Source: an uncultured Rhodospirillaceae bacterium (lineage in GTDB: Bacteria; Pseudomonadota; Alphaproteobacteria; MPNO01; UBA830). Taken from it: DNA of 64,000 nt. Under the pieces are notes generated by a model. That model was not told the DNA's origin and did no database searches. It saw only the letters and a program-made list of their open reading frames with translations. Made by a program: the position numbers and the translations under genes. Of the stretch, positions 40,585 to 50,763 are shown one piece after another. Location of the stretch: the NCBI GenBank assembly GCA_963974055.1, contig CAXBCP010000009.1:74006-138005 (forward strand). The letters run 5' to 3'. How positions within the stretch are numbered: position 1 is the first letter of the stretch; the number at the start of each line of letters is the position of its first letter.

Positions 40585-42252
40585 CTAGGACCGGCCCCGG
40601 AATGCGTTGACGATGGGGTATCGGCGGTCCCGACCGAACGACCGGCCGGTAATCTTCACCCCCGGCGGCGCCTGGCGGCGCTTGTATTCGGCCCCCAGCA
40701 GCATGCGCCATATCCGCAGGACCAGCGCCCGGTCGTGCCCTTCGGCAACGACGTCGTCAATGCTGAGATCGCGCTCGTTCAGCCCGGTCAGGATCGCGTC
40801 CAGCCGGTCGTAGGGCGGCAGCGTGTCTTCGTCCTTCTGATCGGGTTTCAGCTCGGCAGTCGGCGGCTTGGTAATAATGTTTTCCGGCACGACCATGCCC
40901 GCCGGTCCCAATGCGCCGTCGGGCAGGTTCCGGTTGCGCCAGTGCGACAACTCGAACACCTTGGTCTTGTAGACGTCCTTCAGGACCGAATAGCCGCCGC
41001 ACATATCGCCGTAGAGGGTCGCATAACCGACCGACATCTCCGACTTGTTGCCGGTCGAAACCACCATGGCGCCTGTCTTGTTCGACAGCGCCATCAGGGT
41101 CAGGCCGCGCGACCGGGCCTGGATGTTTTCCTCGGTGGTGTCGGCGTCGCTGCCGGCAAAGGCCTCGGCCAGCATGTCGTCGAATGCCGCCATCGCCGGC
41201 CCGATGGAAATGGAATCGAGCCGCACCCCCAGCAGCGCCGAGGCTTCCGCCGCGTCGTCCAGGCTTTCCTGCGACGTATATGGCGACGGCATCATCACGC
41301 AATGCACACGATCCGGCCCCAGGGCATCGGCGGCAACCGCCGCCGTCAGCGCGGAATCGATACCGCCCGACATGCCGATAATCACGCCGGGAAAACCGCT
41401 TTTCCGCACGTAATCCCGCAACCCCAGCACCATCGCCGAATAAATAGCCGGGTCGCCGTCGGGCGGCGGATGACGGTCGGTTTCGGCGCAAACCCAGCCG
41501 TCGCCGTCACGGGTCCACGCCGTCACCGTGACGTTCTCGACCCAGGCCGGGGCCTGGGCGCGCAGCGAGGCGTCGGCGCCGAGCACGAAGGACGCGCCGT
41601 CAAAGACAAGCTCGTCCTGTCCGCCGACCTGGTTGACGTAGATCAGCGGCATCCGGCATTCGGTTGCGCGCGCAACCGCGAGGTTCAGCCGGGTATCCCA
41701 TTTATCCTGTTCATAGGGCGAGCCGTTGAGCACGGTCAGGATTTCGGCGCCGGATTCCTCGAGGCATTCGGCGACTTCCTCGGTCCACATGTCTTCGCAG
41801 ATCATCACGCCGAGCCGGACGCCGCGGAAATTCACCGGCCCCGGCAGCGGTCCCGCCGCGAAAACCCGCTTTTCGTCGAAAACGCCGTAATTGGGCAGGT
41901 CGTACTTGAACCGCATCGCCGAGATTTCGCCGCCGTCCAGCAGCAACGCCGCGTTATACAGCCTGCCGTCCTGTACCCACGGGGTGCCGACCAGCATTGC
42001 CGGGCCGCCATCGGCGGTCTCCGCGGCGAGGGCCGAAACCTCGCGTTCGATCGTGTCCTGCACGATCGGGCGGATCACCAGGTCTTCCGGCGGGTAGCCG
42101 CAGACCACGAGTTCGCTGGTAACCACCAGATCGGCGCCGGCCGCCGCCGCATCCGCCCGCGCCGAGCGCAACAGGGCGGCATTGCCGACGATGTCGCCGA
42201 CCGTCGGGTTAAGCTGCGCCAGGGCAATTTTAAGAGTGTCGGTCATCGGCAA
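40585..42252 (-). CDS. nadE: glutamine-dependent NAD+ synthetase
   Basis: 555 aa. An N-terminal nitrilase (CN hydrolase) domain precedes the C-terminal NAD synthase domain with the SGGIDS ATP-PPase motif. Confidence 0.85.
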   Translation of the reverse strand: MPMTDTLKIALAQLNPTVGDIVGNAALLRSARADAAAAGADLVVTSELVVCGYPPEDLVIRPIVQDTIEREVSALAAETADGGPAMLVGTPWVQDGRLYNAALLLDGGEISAMRFKYDLPNYGVFDEKRVFAAGPLPGPVNFRGVRLGVMICEDMWTEEVAECLEESGAEILTVLNGSPYEQDKWDTRLNLAVARATECRMPLIYVNQVGGQDELVFDGASFVLGADASLRAQAPAWVENVTVTAWTRDGDGWVCAETDRHPPPDGDPAIYSAMVLGLRDYVRKSGFPGVIIGMSGGIDSALTAAVAADALGPDRVHCVMMPSPYTSQESLDDAAEASALLGVRLDSISIGPAMAAFDDMLAEAFAGSDADTTEENIQARSRGLTLMALSNKTGAMVVSTGNKSEMSVGYATLYGDMCGGYSVLKDVYKTKVFELSHWRNRNLPDGALGPAGMVVPENIITKPPTAELKPDQKDEDTLPPYDRLDAILTGLNERDLSIDDVVAEGHDRALVLRIWRMLLGAEYKRRQAPPGVKITGRSFGRDRRYPIVNAFRGRS

Positions 42253-42263
42253 TGCGGCAGCGG

Positions 42264-43655
42264 CTATTCAGCCGCCTCCCGCGACGATCCGTTCTGACGG
42301 TCGGTTTCGCGTTTCGCTTTCAGGTGTTCGCCGACAAGGAATGCCAGTTCGAGCGACTGCGACGCGTTCAGACGCGGATCGCAATGCGTGTGGTATCGGT
42401 CAGACAGGCCCTCGTCGGTGATCGCCTGGGCGCCGCCGGTGCATTCTGTGACGTTCTGGCCGGTCAGTTCGATATGCACGCCGCCCGCATGGGTTCCCTC
42501 GGACGCATGCACCGCGAAAAACCCGCGCACCTCCTCGAGAATCCGGTCGAACGGCCGGGTTTTGTACCCGCTTTGCGCCTTGATGGTGTTGCCGTGCATC
42601 GGATCGCAGGTCCACACCACCTTCTTGCCTTCGCGTTCGACGGCACGGACGAGTTCCGGCAGTTTTTCCTCGACCTGTTCGTGGCCCATCCTGCTGATCA
42701 GCACCAGGCGGCCGGGATCGTTCCGCGGGTTCAGGGCATCGATCAGTTCCAGCAAGCCGTCGGCGGTCTGGCTCGGGCCGGTTTTCAGGCCGATCGGATT
42801 GGAAATCCCGCGCATGAAATCGACATGGGCGCTGTCGAGCTGGCGGGTCCGGTCGCCGATCCACAACAGGTGCGCCGACGTGTCGTACCAGTCGCCGGAG
42901 GTCGAATCGACACGCGTCATGGCCTCTTCGTACCCGAGCAGGAGAGCTTCGTGGCTGGTATAGAAGTCGGTTTCCCGAAGCTGCGGGGCGACGTCCGACG
43001 TCAGCCCGCAGGCCGCCATGAACGTCATCGCCTCGTCGATACGGTCGGCGAGTTCGCTGTATTTTCGGGCCTGATCGCCCGACGACACGAATTCGAGATT
43101 CCAGCGGTGTACTTCGTGCAGATCGGCATAGCCGCCCTGCGCAAAGGCGCGCAGCAGGTTCAGGGTCGCAGCGGACTGGTTGTACACCTGCACCATGCGT
43201 TCCGGATCGGCGGCGCGGCCTTCGGCGGTAAACGCCATGTCGTTGATCATATCGCCGCGATAACTGGGCAGCGTCACGCCGCCGACTTCCTCGATATCGG
43301 AGGAACGCGGTTTCGCGAACTGCCCGGCCAGACGGCCCACTTTCACGACGGGTTTCCCCGAAGCGAAGGTCAGCACAACCGCCATCTGCAGCAGCACACG
43401 GAACGTATCGCGGATATTGTTCGGATGAAATTCGGCAAAGCTTTCTGCGCAATCGCCGCCCTGCAGCAGAAATGCCCTGCCTTCCGCCACTTCGGCGAGC
43501 TGCGTACGGAGCTTGCGCGCCTCGCCCGCGAACACCAGCGGCGGATACCCGCGCAGTTTGTCTTCCGCGGCTTTCAGCGCGGCGGTGTCCGGATATTCCG
43601 GCACCTGTACGATCGGCTTGTTCCGCCAGCTATCCGGCGACCAGTTGCCCGACAT
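42264..43655 (-). CDS. class II 3-deoxy-7-phosphoheptulonate (DAHP) synthase
   Basis: The start at [23 protein letters not shown] is internal to the listed ORF. It is about 463 aa with the class II signature. Confidence 0.8.
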   Translation of the reverse strand: MSGNWSPDSWRNKPIVQVPEYPDTAALKAAEDKLRGYPPLVFAGEARKLRTQLAEVAEGRAFLLQGGDCAESFAEFHPNNIRDTFRVLLQMAVVLTFASGKPVVKVGRLAGQFAKPRSSDIEEVGGVTLPSYRGDMINDMAFTAEGRAADPERMVQVYNQSAATLNLLRAFAQGGYADLHEVHRWNLEFVSSGDQARKYSELADRIDEAMTFMAACGLTSDVAPQLRETDFYTSHEALLLGYEEAMTRVDSTSGDWYDTSAHLLWIGDRTRQLDSAHVDFMRGISNPIGLKTGPSQTADGLLELIDALNPRNDPGRLVLISRMGHEQVEEKLPELVRAVEREGKKVVWTCDPMHGNTIKAQSGYKTRPFDRILEEVRGFFAVHASEGTHAGGVHIELTGQNVTECTGGAQAITDEGLSDRYHTHCDPRLNASQSLELAFLVGEHLKAKRETDRQNGSSREAAE

Positions 43656-43819
43656 GGTCAATCTCTCTTCATCCGAATTTCCCGAAGGCCCGCGTATACG
43701 CCGTTTGAGCGTCCATTTCCAGCAAAACCGGCGTTTTTCCAATGCCTTGAGAATAGAACATTAGGCGAAGATTAACGCAATTCCGGGATTATCGCGGATA
43801 TTGATCAATATTTCGGAAA

Positions 43820-46800
43820 ATGCCCCCAATGGGCCCTTCAGATACCGACGGCGACCGCTTAGCGCCGAACCTCGCCCTGACAAACCGCTCCCTGATCGCG
43901 ACGGCATCGCTGCTCGCGCTCGTCGCGCTGTTTGCCTGCTGGTTCGGCGCGCGGGAGGTCATCAACGGGATCGTCAATTACGAAGGGCGCGCAGCCGCGG
44001 AGAACTGGGCCGAAGCCTTCGCGCACACACTGGAAGACCGGAACACAGTTGACGACACAAAGCCGATATCGCCGTATTCCGGCGCAGCGAATCCGGCCAG
44101 GTTCATCGCGCTGGACAACGCCATCTTCGATGGAAAGATCGTCGGATACCGCATCTACAATCGCCAGGGCCTGATCGTCGCCACTTCCAATTTCATGGAA
44201 ATCGGCAACGAAGCGGAAACCCCGGAGATGCGGCAGGCGATCGAACACGGCCATACCTTTTCGCGACTTGTCGCCGACGACAACGCGGAAACCATAAGCA
44301 AGGCCCTCGCGCCGTTGATCGACGCCGGAAACCTCAAAGGCGCCATCCAGATCGAATTCGACGCCACCCAGCGCGCTGCGCAACTCAACCGTCTCCGTTA
44401 TCTGGCCTTTGGCGCCCTGGCAATCCTGCTCGCGGCGGTCATGACAATCCTGGGCTTCGTCGTCCGGCGAACGCTACGCCGGCACAAAAGCGTAAGTCGG
44501 GAGCTGAACCGAAACGTCCACCAGCATCGCCGTTTGCTTGAGGAAGCGCCCGACTCGATGGTGATCCACAATACGAAGCAGATACTTTACGCGAATGCCG
44601 CGGCAGCGGCACTTCACGGCGCGGACTCGCCGGAAGATCTGGTCGGTCTCAATCCCGACGTGCTGATTCCCGAACACCAGGACGCCCTGATCCGCAAAAA
44701 CCGGCTGAAAGCACTTCGTGACGGCGAGGTCCCCAGCACCGAAACGATCGGTCGCCGGCGGCTCGATGGAACTGTCGTCCAAGCCGATACATTGGGGATT
44801 CCGATCGAATGGAACGGCGAGAGCTGCCTCCTCATACAATCCAGGGATATGACCGTAACCCGCGCCCATCAACGCCGGATCGCGGAACGCGAAGCGCAAC
44901 TCAGCGCGTTCATGGAGAACACCCAATCGGTAATGTTCGTAAAGAGCCTGGATGGCCGCCTGGAAATGGTGAACCGGAAGTTCGAAGAATTTTACGGTGT
45001 CTCGAAAAGAGACGTCATCGGAAAAAAAACCGAGGCCTGGGCGGAACAAAGCCTCGTAGATCAGTTCGTGGCCGAAGACCGGACGATTATCGCGACCGGA
45101 ACCCCCGAATCCCTCGAAGCACTTCTAACGCGTGCAGACGGAGAAAAGCGGACGATCCGGTACGAGAAATTCCCCATCAGAGACTGTGACGGCGCATTTG
45201 CCGGGATAGGCTGCGTCAGCACCGACATAACAGATATCAAAAACCGGGAAATTTTCAGCCGCAACGCCCAGGCCCGGGCAGAACAGACCCAGGCACAGCT
45301 CAGCGCCTTCATGAATCACTCGCCGACCAGCATGTATCTGAAAGACCGCGATCTCAAGATAACAATGGTCAATCGCCCCTATGAGCGGTTCTTCGGGTTA
45401 ACCGCAAGCGAGATGATCGGTTCGCGGGTCGATAAATGGCTGCCGAAACAGGTTGCCGATGAAGTCGACACACTGGACCTGGAGATACTGCGGACGGGCG
45501 AAAAGATCGACATGGAGGCCCAACTCACAAATGCAGACGGAGAGTCCCGGACTCTGCTTTACACCAAGTTCCCGGTTTACGCGCCGAACGGAGATATTGT
45601 CGGTGTCGGCGGCATTAACAGGGATGTCACGGACCAGCGCCGGCAGGAAGCGGAAGTCAAAGAAACCCAGGCGCAGTTATCCGCGTATATCGATCATATT
45701 CCGATGATGGTCATGCTGCTGGACCGGGATTCCCGTATCCTGATGGTGAACAGGCAGTACGAGAAATTCTTCGACGTCACCGCCGATGAAATGATCGGGA
45801 CATATAGCGGCGCCAGGTTCAACGACCGCCAACGCCGGATCGCTACCGAGGAAACAGCGCAAGTCCACCACAACCTGGAAACCTCGGAGCGGATCATACC
45901 GCTGGTCAACGCCGCCGGCGAAGAACGACAGATGCACACGATAAAATTTCCGATCGTCGCAGGCGAAAATATTCCCGTCGCAGTCGGCGTAGTGCTGTCG
46001 GACATCACGGAACAAAGGCAACACGAACGCGAACTCCAATCCGCCCGCGACGCCGCGGAGGCCGCCAACCGGGCGAAGACGGCGTTTCTCGCGAATATGA
46101 GCCATGAAATACGTACTCCCATGAACGGCGTCTTCGGCATGGCCGACCTGCTCGCCCAGTCCGCCCTGTCCCAGGATCAGCAACGCTATCTGAATACCAT
46201 CCGGCGGTCGGGGGAGTCCCTGTTGGGGGTTATCAACAACGTTCTCGACGTCTCCCGGATCGAAGCGGGAGAATTCCGGCTCGATACCGCCACATTCAAT
46301 ATCCACGACGTCATCGCCGACGCAGTCGAACTGTTTTCGGAAAACGCCGCCGCGAAGAACATTTTCATCGCACACAAAGTTCACGACAATGTGCCGCGCT
46401 GGGTTCGGGGCGATTCCGTCAGGCTCCGGCAGGTCCTCATCAACCTCATCGGCAATGCGATCAAATTCACCAAGGACGGCGCTGTGGTCGTCAGCGCGGT
46501 GCGTGTGGGCGGTACGGACGGCGACGCGCTCATCCGGTTCGAAGTCATGGATACCGGGATCGGCATCGAACGCGAAAAAATTGTCAGCCTGTTCAATCCA
46601 TTCCAGCAGGCAGACAGCTCGATCACCCGAAAATATGGCGGCACAGGTCTCGGCCTGTCGATCGCCAATCACATCGTCAAACTGATGGGCGGCCGCATCG
46701 ATATCGACAGTCAGCCGAACGAAGGGTCGAGCTTCCAGTTCTCCATCGACCTTAAAATTGACGCCCCCCGGGCCTCAATACATGACGAACCCGGCACAGG

Positions 46801-48106
46801 CCTGACCGGAAAACGGGTCCTGATTGTCGACGACAACGCGGTCAACCGCGAAATACTGTCGGAATTCGTCCGCGGCTGGGACATGGACTTTGCCGTTGCC
46901 GGAAATGCAGCCGACGCCAAGGCAGCGATCGACGACGCAATACGGACCAAACAGCCTTTCGACGTCGCGCTTATAGATATCGTCATGCCGGGGTTGGACG
47001 GCATCGCGCTGGCGGAATGGATCGGCAGACGGGACCGTCACGGCCGGACAAAACTGATCGCGTTGACATCGTTCAACTGGAATCGCGACAGCGCCGTATC
47101 CAGAGCGGCAGGCTTCGCTGAATTTGCCACAAAACCGGTGCGCCGCGTGGATCTCGGCAGACTGATCGAATCTGCGGTGGCGGACCCGCCGGAGGCGGAT
47201 TCCGGTAGCGACGAATGTCGCGAACCGATCGATGACGACACATTCCGCGAGCCCGCCGACGAACGGGTTCACGCGCAAACCTATTCGGCGAATGTCCTTG
47301 TTGCGGAAGACAACCCGGTGAACATGGAACTTGTCCAGGAATACCTGACGCGACTGGGGTGCACCGTGGTGACAGCAGAGGACGGACGACAGGCGGTGGA
47401 CCGCTATGCGGGCGACGATTTCCACCTCATCTTCATGGACGTGCAGATGCCCGGTATGGACGGTATCGAAGCGACGCGCCGGATTCGCGATCTGGAAGCG
47501 CGGAACGGTTGCCGGCGCATTCCGATCATCGCGGCGACGGCCCACGCGTTTCAGGAGGACCGCCAGAAATGCATCTCCGCCGGCATGGACGATTTTCTGT
47601 CCAAGCCTTTCACCGCGCAGGATGTTGCGCCGATTCTCGAAAGGTGGCTCGAATCCGCCCGCACTGTCCCGCGAAAACATAAGGTGCCGGTTCCCCGCGA
47701 CGATCAAACGATATACCCCCAGCGACCGTCCCCGGATCTGCTCGACGAAACAACGATCGCGCAACTCAGGGCGCTCGACGGCTCCGGCGAAAACAGGATA
47801 TTCGCCAAAGTCGTCGGCACATTCCTCGACGTGACCCCCGGTCAGTTGCATAAGCTGGAAAAACACGTCGCGGCGGAGGACTTTGCCGGCATCGCCCTGG
47901 TCGCCCACAGTCTCAAGTCGAGTGCGGCAAATGTCTCCGCCCTGTCATTGAGCAGTTTGTTCCAGAAAATGGAAATCGCCGGGCGAAACGAGGACATTGA
48001 GACCTGTGCGACGGCCCTGGACGCCGTCATGGCGCTTTACGACGATGTATCGGAAGCCCTCAGGTCAGCAACGGGCGACATGCCGCCGAACCGGAGGACC
48101 GCTTGA
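43820..48106 (+). CDS. hybrid sensor histidine kinase with multiple PAS domains, HisKA/HATPase, two REC domains and an HPt domain
   Basis: 1428 aa. Two transmembrane helices flank a periplasmic region. At least four PAS blocks precede the H-box ANMSHEIRTPMNGV. REC domains start at VLIVDDNAVNREIL and VLVAEDNPVNMEL. The C-terminal HPt has HSLKSSAANV. Confidence 0.85.
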   Translation: MPPMGPSDTDGDRLAPNLALTNRSLIATASLLALVALFACWFGAREVINGIVNYEGRAAAENWAEAFAHTLEDRNTVDDTKPISPYSGAANPARFIALDNAIFDGKIVGYRIYNRQGLIVATSNFMEIGNEAETPEMRQAIEHGHTFSRLVADDNAETISKALAPLIDAGNLKGAIQIEFDATQRAAQLNRLRYLAFGALAILLAAVMTILGFVVRRTLRRHKSVSRELNRNVHQHRRLLEEAPDSMVIHNTKQILYANAAAAALHGADSPEDLVGLNPDVLIPEHQDALIRKNRLKALRDGEVPSTETIGRRRLDGTVVQADTLGIPIEWNGESCLLIQSRDMTVTRAHQRRIAEREAQLSAFMENTQSVMFVKSLDGRLEMVNRKFEEFYGVSKRDVIGKKTEAWAEQSLVDQFVAEDRTIIATGTPESLEALLTRADGEKRTIRYEKFPIRDCDGAFAGIGCVSTDITDIKNREIFSRNAQARAEQTQAQLSAFMNHSPTSMYLKDRDLKITMVNRPYERFFGLTASEMIGSRVDKWLPKQVADEVDTLDLEILRTGEKIDMEAQLTNADGESRTLLYTKFPVYAPNGDIVGVGGINRDVTDQRRQEAEVKETQAQLSAYIDHIPMMVMLLDRDSRILMVNRQYEKFFDVTADEMIGTYSGARFNDRQRRIATEETAQVHHNLETSERIIPLVNAAGEERQMHTIKFPIVAGENIPVAVGVVLSDITEQRQHERELQSARDAAEAANRAKTAFLANMSHEIRTPMNGVFGMADLLAQSALSQDQQRYLNTIRRSGESLLGVINNVLDVSRIEAGEFRLDTATFNIHDVIADAVELFSENAAAKNIFIAHKVHDNVPRWVRGDSVRLRQVLINLIGNAIKFTKDGAVVVSAVRVGGTDGDALIRFEVMDTGIGIEREKIVSLFNPFQQADSSITRKYGGTGLGLSIANHIVKLMGGRIDIDSQPNEGSSFQFSIDLKIDAPRASIHDEPGTGLTGKRVLIVDDNAVNREILSEFVRGWDMDFAVAGNAADAKAAIDDAIRTKQPFDVALIDIVMPGLDGIALAEWIGRRDRHGRTKLIALTSFNWNRDSAVSRAAGFAEFATKPVRRVDLGRLIESAVADPPEADSGSDECREPIDDDTFREPADERVHAQTYSANVLVAEDNPVNMELVQEYLTRLGCTVVTAEDGRQAVDRYAGDDFHLIFMDVQMPGMDGIEATRRIRDLEARNGCRRIPIIAATAHAFQEDRQKCISAGMDDFLSKPFTAQDVAPILERWLESARTVPRKHKVPVPRDDQTIYPQRPSPDLLDETTIAQLRALDGSGENRIFAKVVGTFLDVTPGQLHKLEKHVAAEDFAGIALVAHSLKSSAANVSALSLSSLFQKMEIAGRNEDIETCATALDAVMALYDDVSEALRSATGDMPPNRRTA

Positions 48107-48107
48107 G

Positions 48108-49274
48108 ATGGACGGCAGCCGGATTATAAGCCGCGGCGCGCTCATACTCGTCATCGACGACGAGCCGACACAGCGAATGCTGACGCAAGAGGCATTGAAC
48201 CAGCGCGGCTATCGCGTCGAAGAGGCCGATTCAGGCGAAGCCGGGCTGGAGATCGCGCGCCGCCTGAAACCGGACCTGATCCTGCTCGATGTCATGATGC
48301 CGGGCATGGACGGGTTCGAGGTCTGCCGTGCAATCCGGGCCGACGAAAACCTGTGCAGAACCCCGGTGGTGATCGTCACCGCGCTCGAAGATCTCAACAT
48401 GATCGAGGTCGGTTTCCAGGCCGGCGCAACGGATTTCATCGCCAAGCCGATCGTCTGGCAGCTCCTTGGCTACAGGCTGCAATTCGCGCTTCGCTCTGCC
48501 GTGATGGAAACGGATCTTGTCGCTGCCCGCGACGAGGCCGAACAGGCCAGCACGGCAAAATCGGCGCTGCTTGCCAATATGGGGCACGAGCTGCGCACGC
48601 CGCTGAATGCCATCATCGGCTTCTCGGAGTTCCTCAAACTACAGGCAGGCAAACAGGGCTGGGATAAACAATCCGCCGAATTTCTGGACGACATTCTGAC
48701 CAGCGGCCAGAGACTGCTGGCCACCATCAACGACGTTCTCGAAATGGCGAACCTGGAGGCCGGCCGCATCGTGCTGGACGAAACCGAGATCGACCTGACA
48801 AGGCTGCTGAACGGCATTGCGGAGAAATTCCTGCCCCTGGCGACCGGGAAAGGGCTCACGCTGGACTCACGCGCCGCGGAAGCAGACCTCATGATGAAAG
48901 GCGACTACGACGTCATCAGACGGGCTATCGGGAACATTGTCTCCAACGCCATAAAATTCACGTCCGCCGGCAGTATAACTGTATCGACATTGCGGCGGCC
49001 TGCGGGTGAACTGGAAATTGCCGTCAGGGACACCGGCGTCGGCATGACCCGGGAAGAGATCCAGGAGATTTTCGAGCCATTCTACCAGGCCGATACCAGC
49101 CTGTCGCGCAGCCAGGAGGGAAGCGGACTTGGCGTCCCGCTGGCAAAAGCGCTGTTGCAGCTTCACGATGGCGAACTGGAAATCCGGTCGGAACCGTCGG
49201 CGGGAACGACCATATCCGTCCTCTTCCCCGCCGACCGCGTAATCGCCGGAAAGGCCGACACGCCCGCCGGCTGA
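48108..49274 (+). CDS. response-regulator receiver fused to histidine kinase (REC-HisKA-HATPase)
   Basis: It starts at MDGSRIISRGALILVIDDEPTQR, overlapping the upstream stop. The H-box is ANMGHELRTPLNAI. Confidence 0.8.
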   Translation: MDGSRIISRGALILVIDDEPTQRMLTQEALNQRGYRVEEADSGEAGLEIARRLKPDLILLDVMMPGMDGFEVCRAIRADENLCRTPVVIVTALEDLNMIEVGFQAGATDFIAKPIVWQLLGYRLQFALRSAVMETDLVAARDEAEQASTAKSALLANMGHELRTPLNAIIGFSEFLKLQAGKQGWDKQSAEFLDDILTSGQRLLATINDVLEMANLEAGRIVLDETEIDLTRLLNGIAEKFLPLATGKGLTLDSRAAEADLMMKGDYDVIRRAIGNIVSNAIKFTSAGSITVSTLRRPAGELEIAVRDTGVGMTREEIQEIFEPFYQADTSLSRSQEGSGLGVPLAKALLQLHDGELEIRSEPSAGTTISVLFPADRVIAGKADTPAG

Positions 49275-49281
49275 ACGCGAC

Positions 49282-50661
49282 CTATTCGGCCGCCTTTGCG
49301 GTTTCCGGCTGCGGCACGGGTTCGCGCATGGTGACGAATTCCTCGGCCGCCGTCGGGTGAATGCCGACCGTCGCGTCAAACTGCGCCTTGGTCGCCCCGC
49401 ATTTCAGCGCGATGCCCAACCCCTGGGTGATCTCGCCCGCGTCGGGGCCCACCATGTGGCAGCCGACCACCCGGTCCGTTGCCCTGTCGACGATCAGTTT
49501 CATCAGCGTCTGCTCGGACGAACCGGTCAGCGTGTCTTTCAGCGCCCGGAACATCGACCGGAAAATATCGACATCGCCGTATTTCGCCCGCGCATCTTCC
49601 TCGGTCAGACCGACGGTTCCGATCGGCGGATCCGAAAACACGGCCGTGGGGATATCGGCATAGTCCATCTTGTCGTTCGTCCCGCGGAACAGATTGGACG
49701 CCAGCCGCATCGCCTCGCCGATCGCCACCGGCGTCAGCTGGAAGCGGTCAATGATATCGCCGAGCGCATAAATATTGCCGACGCTGGTACGGAAATAGTC
49801 GTCGACCACGATCGCGCCGTGGTCGTTCAGTTCGACCCCCGCCGCCTCCAGCCCCATATTCCCCGTATTCGGGACCCGGCCGATGGCATACAGGACCTGA
49901 TCGACCTGTTGTACGGTGCCGTTGCTCAGGGTCACGTCCAGCCCGCCATCGACCTTGTCGATGCGGTCGATAACCGTATTCACGACAATGTTGACGCCCT
50001 TCTTGTCCATCTCGCCCATGAGATGTTTCCGGACGTCCATGTCGAAGCCGCGCAGGATGGTGTCGCTCCGGTATACAAGCGTCGTTTCCGCCCCGTAGCC
50101 GTTGAAAATCCCGGCGAATTCCACCGCGATGTAACCGCCGCCGGCGACCATCACCCGGTTCGGGCGGTCCTCGAGGTAAAAGGCGTCATCGGACACGATG
50201 GCGTGCTCGAAACCGGGCGTGTCCCAGACCTGCGGCTTGCCGCCGGTCGCGATCAGGATGTTCTCGGCGGTTACTTTCTCGCCGCCGACATCGAGCGTGT
50301 GGGCATCGATCAGCGTGGCCCGCGCTTCGTACAGCGTGACCCCGTTGCTATCGAGAATGTTCCGGTAAATGCCGTTCAGGCGTTCGATTTCGCGGTTCTT
50401 GTTTTCGATCAGCCGCGGCCAGCTGAGTGTCGGCGCCTCGAAATCCCAGCCATAGGCCGCCGCCTCTTTCGCCGCATGGGGATAGTGCGAGCCGTAGGAA
50501 AAGAGCTTCTTCGGGATACAGCCGACATTGACGCAGGTCCCGCCGAGAAAGCGTTCTTCGGCGATCGCGACGCGCGCACCATAGGACGACGACATCCGCG
50601 ACGCGCGAACGCCGCCGGACCCGGCGCCGATGACAAACAGGTCGTAATCGTATTCAGCCAT
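49282..50661 (-). CDS. gor: glutathione-disulfide reductase
   Basis: 459 aa with the redox-active GGTCVNVGCIPKK motif, an FAD GxGxxG and a C-terminal dimerisation domain with HP. Confidence 0.8.
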   Translation of the reverse strand: MAEYDYDLFVIGAGSGGVRASRMSSSYGARVAIAEERFLGGTCVNVGCIPKKLFSYGSHYPHAAKEAAAYGWDFEAPTLSWPRLIENKNREIERLNGIYRNILDSNGVTLYEARATLIDAHTLDVGGEKVTAENILIATGGKPQVWDTPGFEHAIVSDDAFYLEDRPNRVMVAGGGYIAVEFAGIFNGYGAETTLVYRSDTILRGFDMDVRKHLMGEMDKKGVNIVVNTVIDRIDKVDGGLDVTLSNGTVQQVDQVLYAIGRVPNTGNMGLEAAGVELNDHGAIVVDDYFRTSVGNIYALGDIIDRFQLTPVAIGEAMRLASNLFRGTNDKMDYADIPTAVFSDPPIGTVGLTEEDARAKYGDVDIFRSMFRALKDTLTGSSEQTLMKLIVDRATDRVVGCHMVGPDAGEITQGLGIALKCGATKAQFDATVGIHPTAAEEFVTMREPVPQPETAKAAE

Positions 50662-50763
50662 ATCAGTTCCCTTTCAGCGACAGGCATGTTCGGACACAGG
50701 CAGGGCAAGCCCGGCACCGGGGTGCCGGGTCGCCGCCTGGCGTGCAGTAACGGACGGCGGGGA

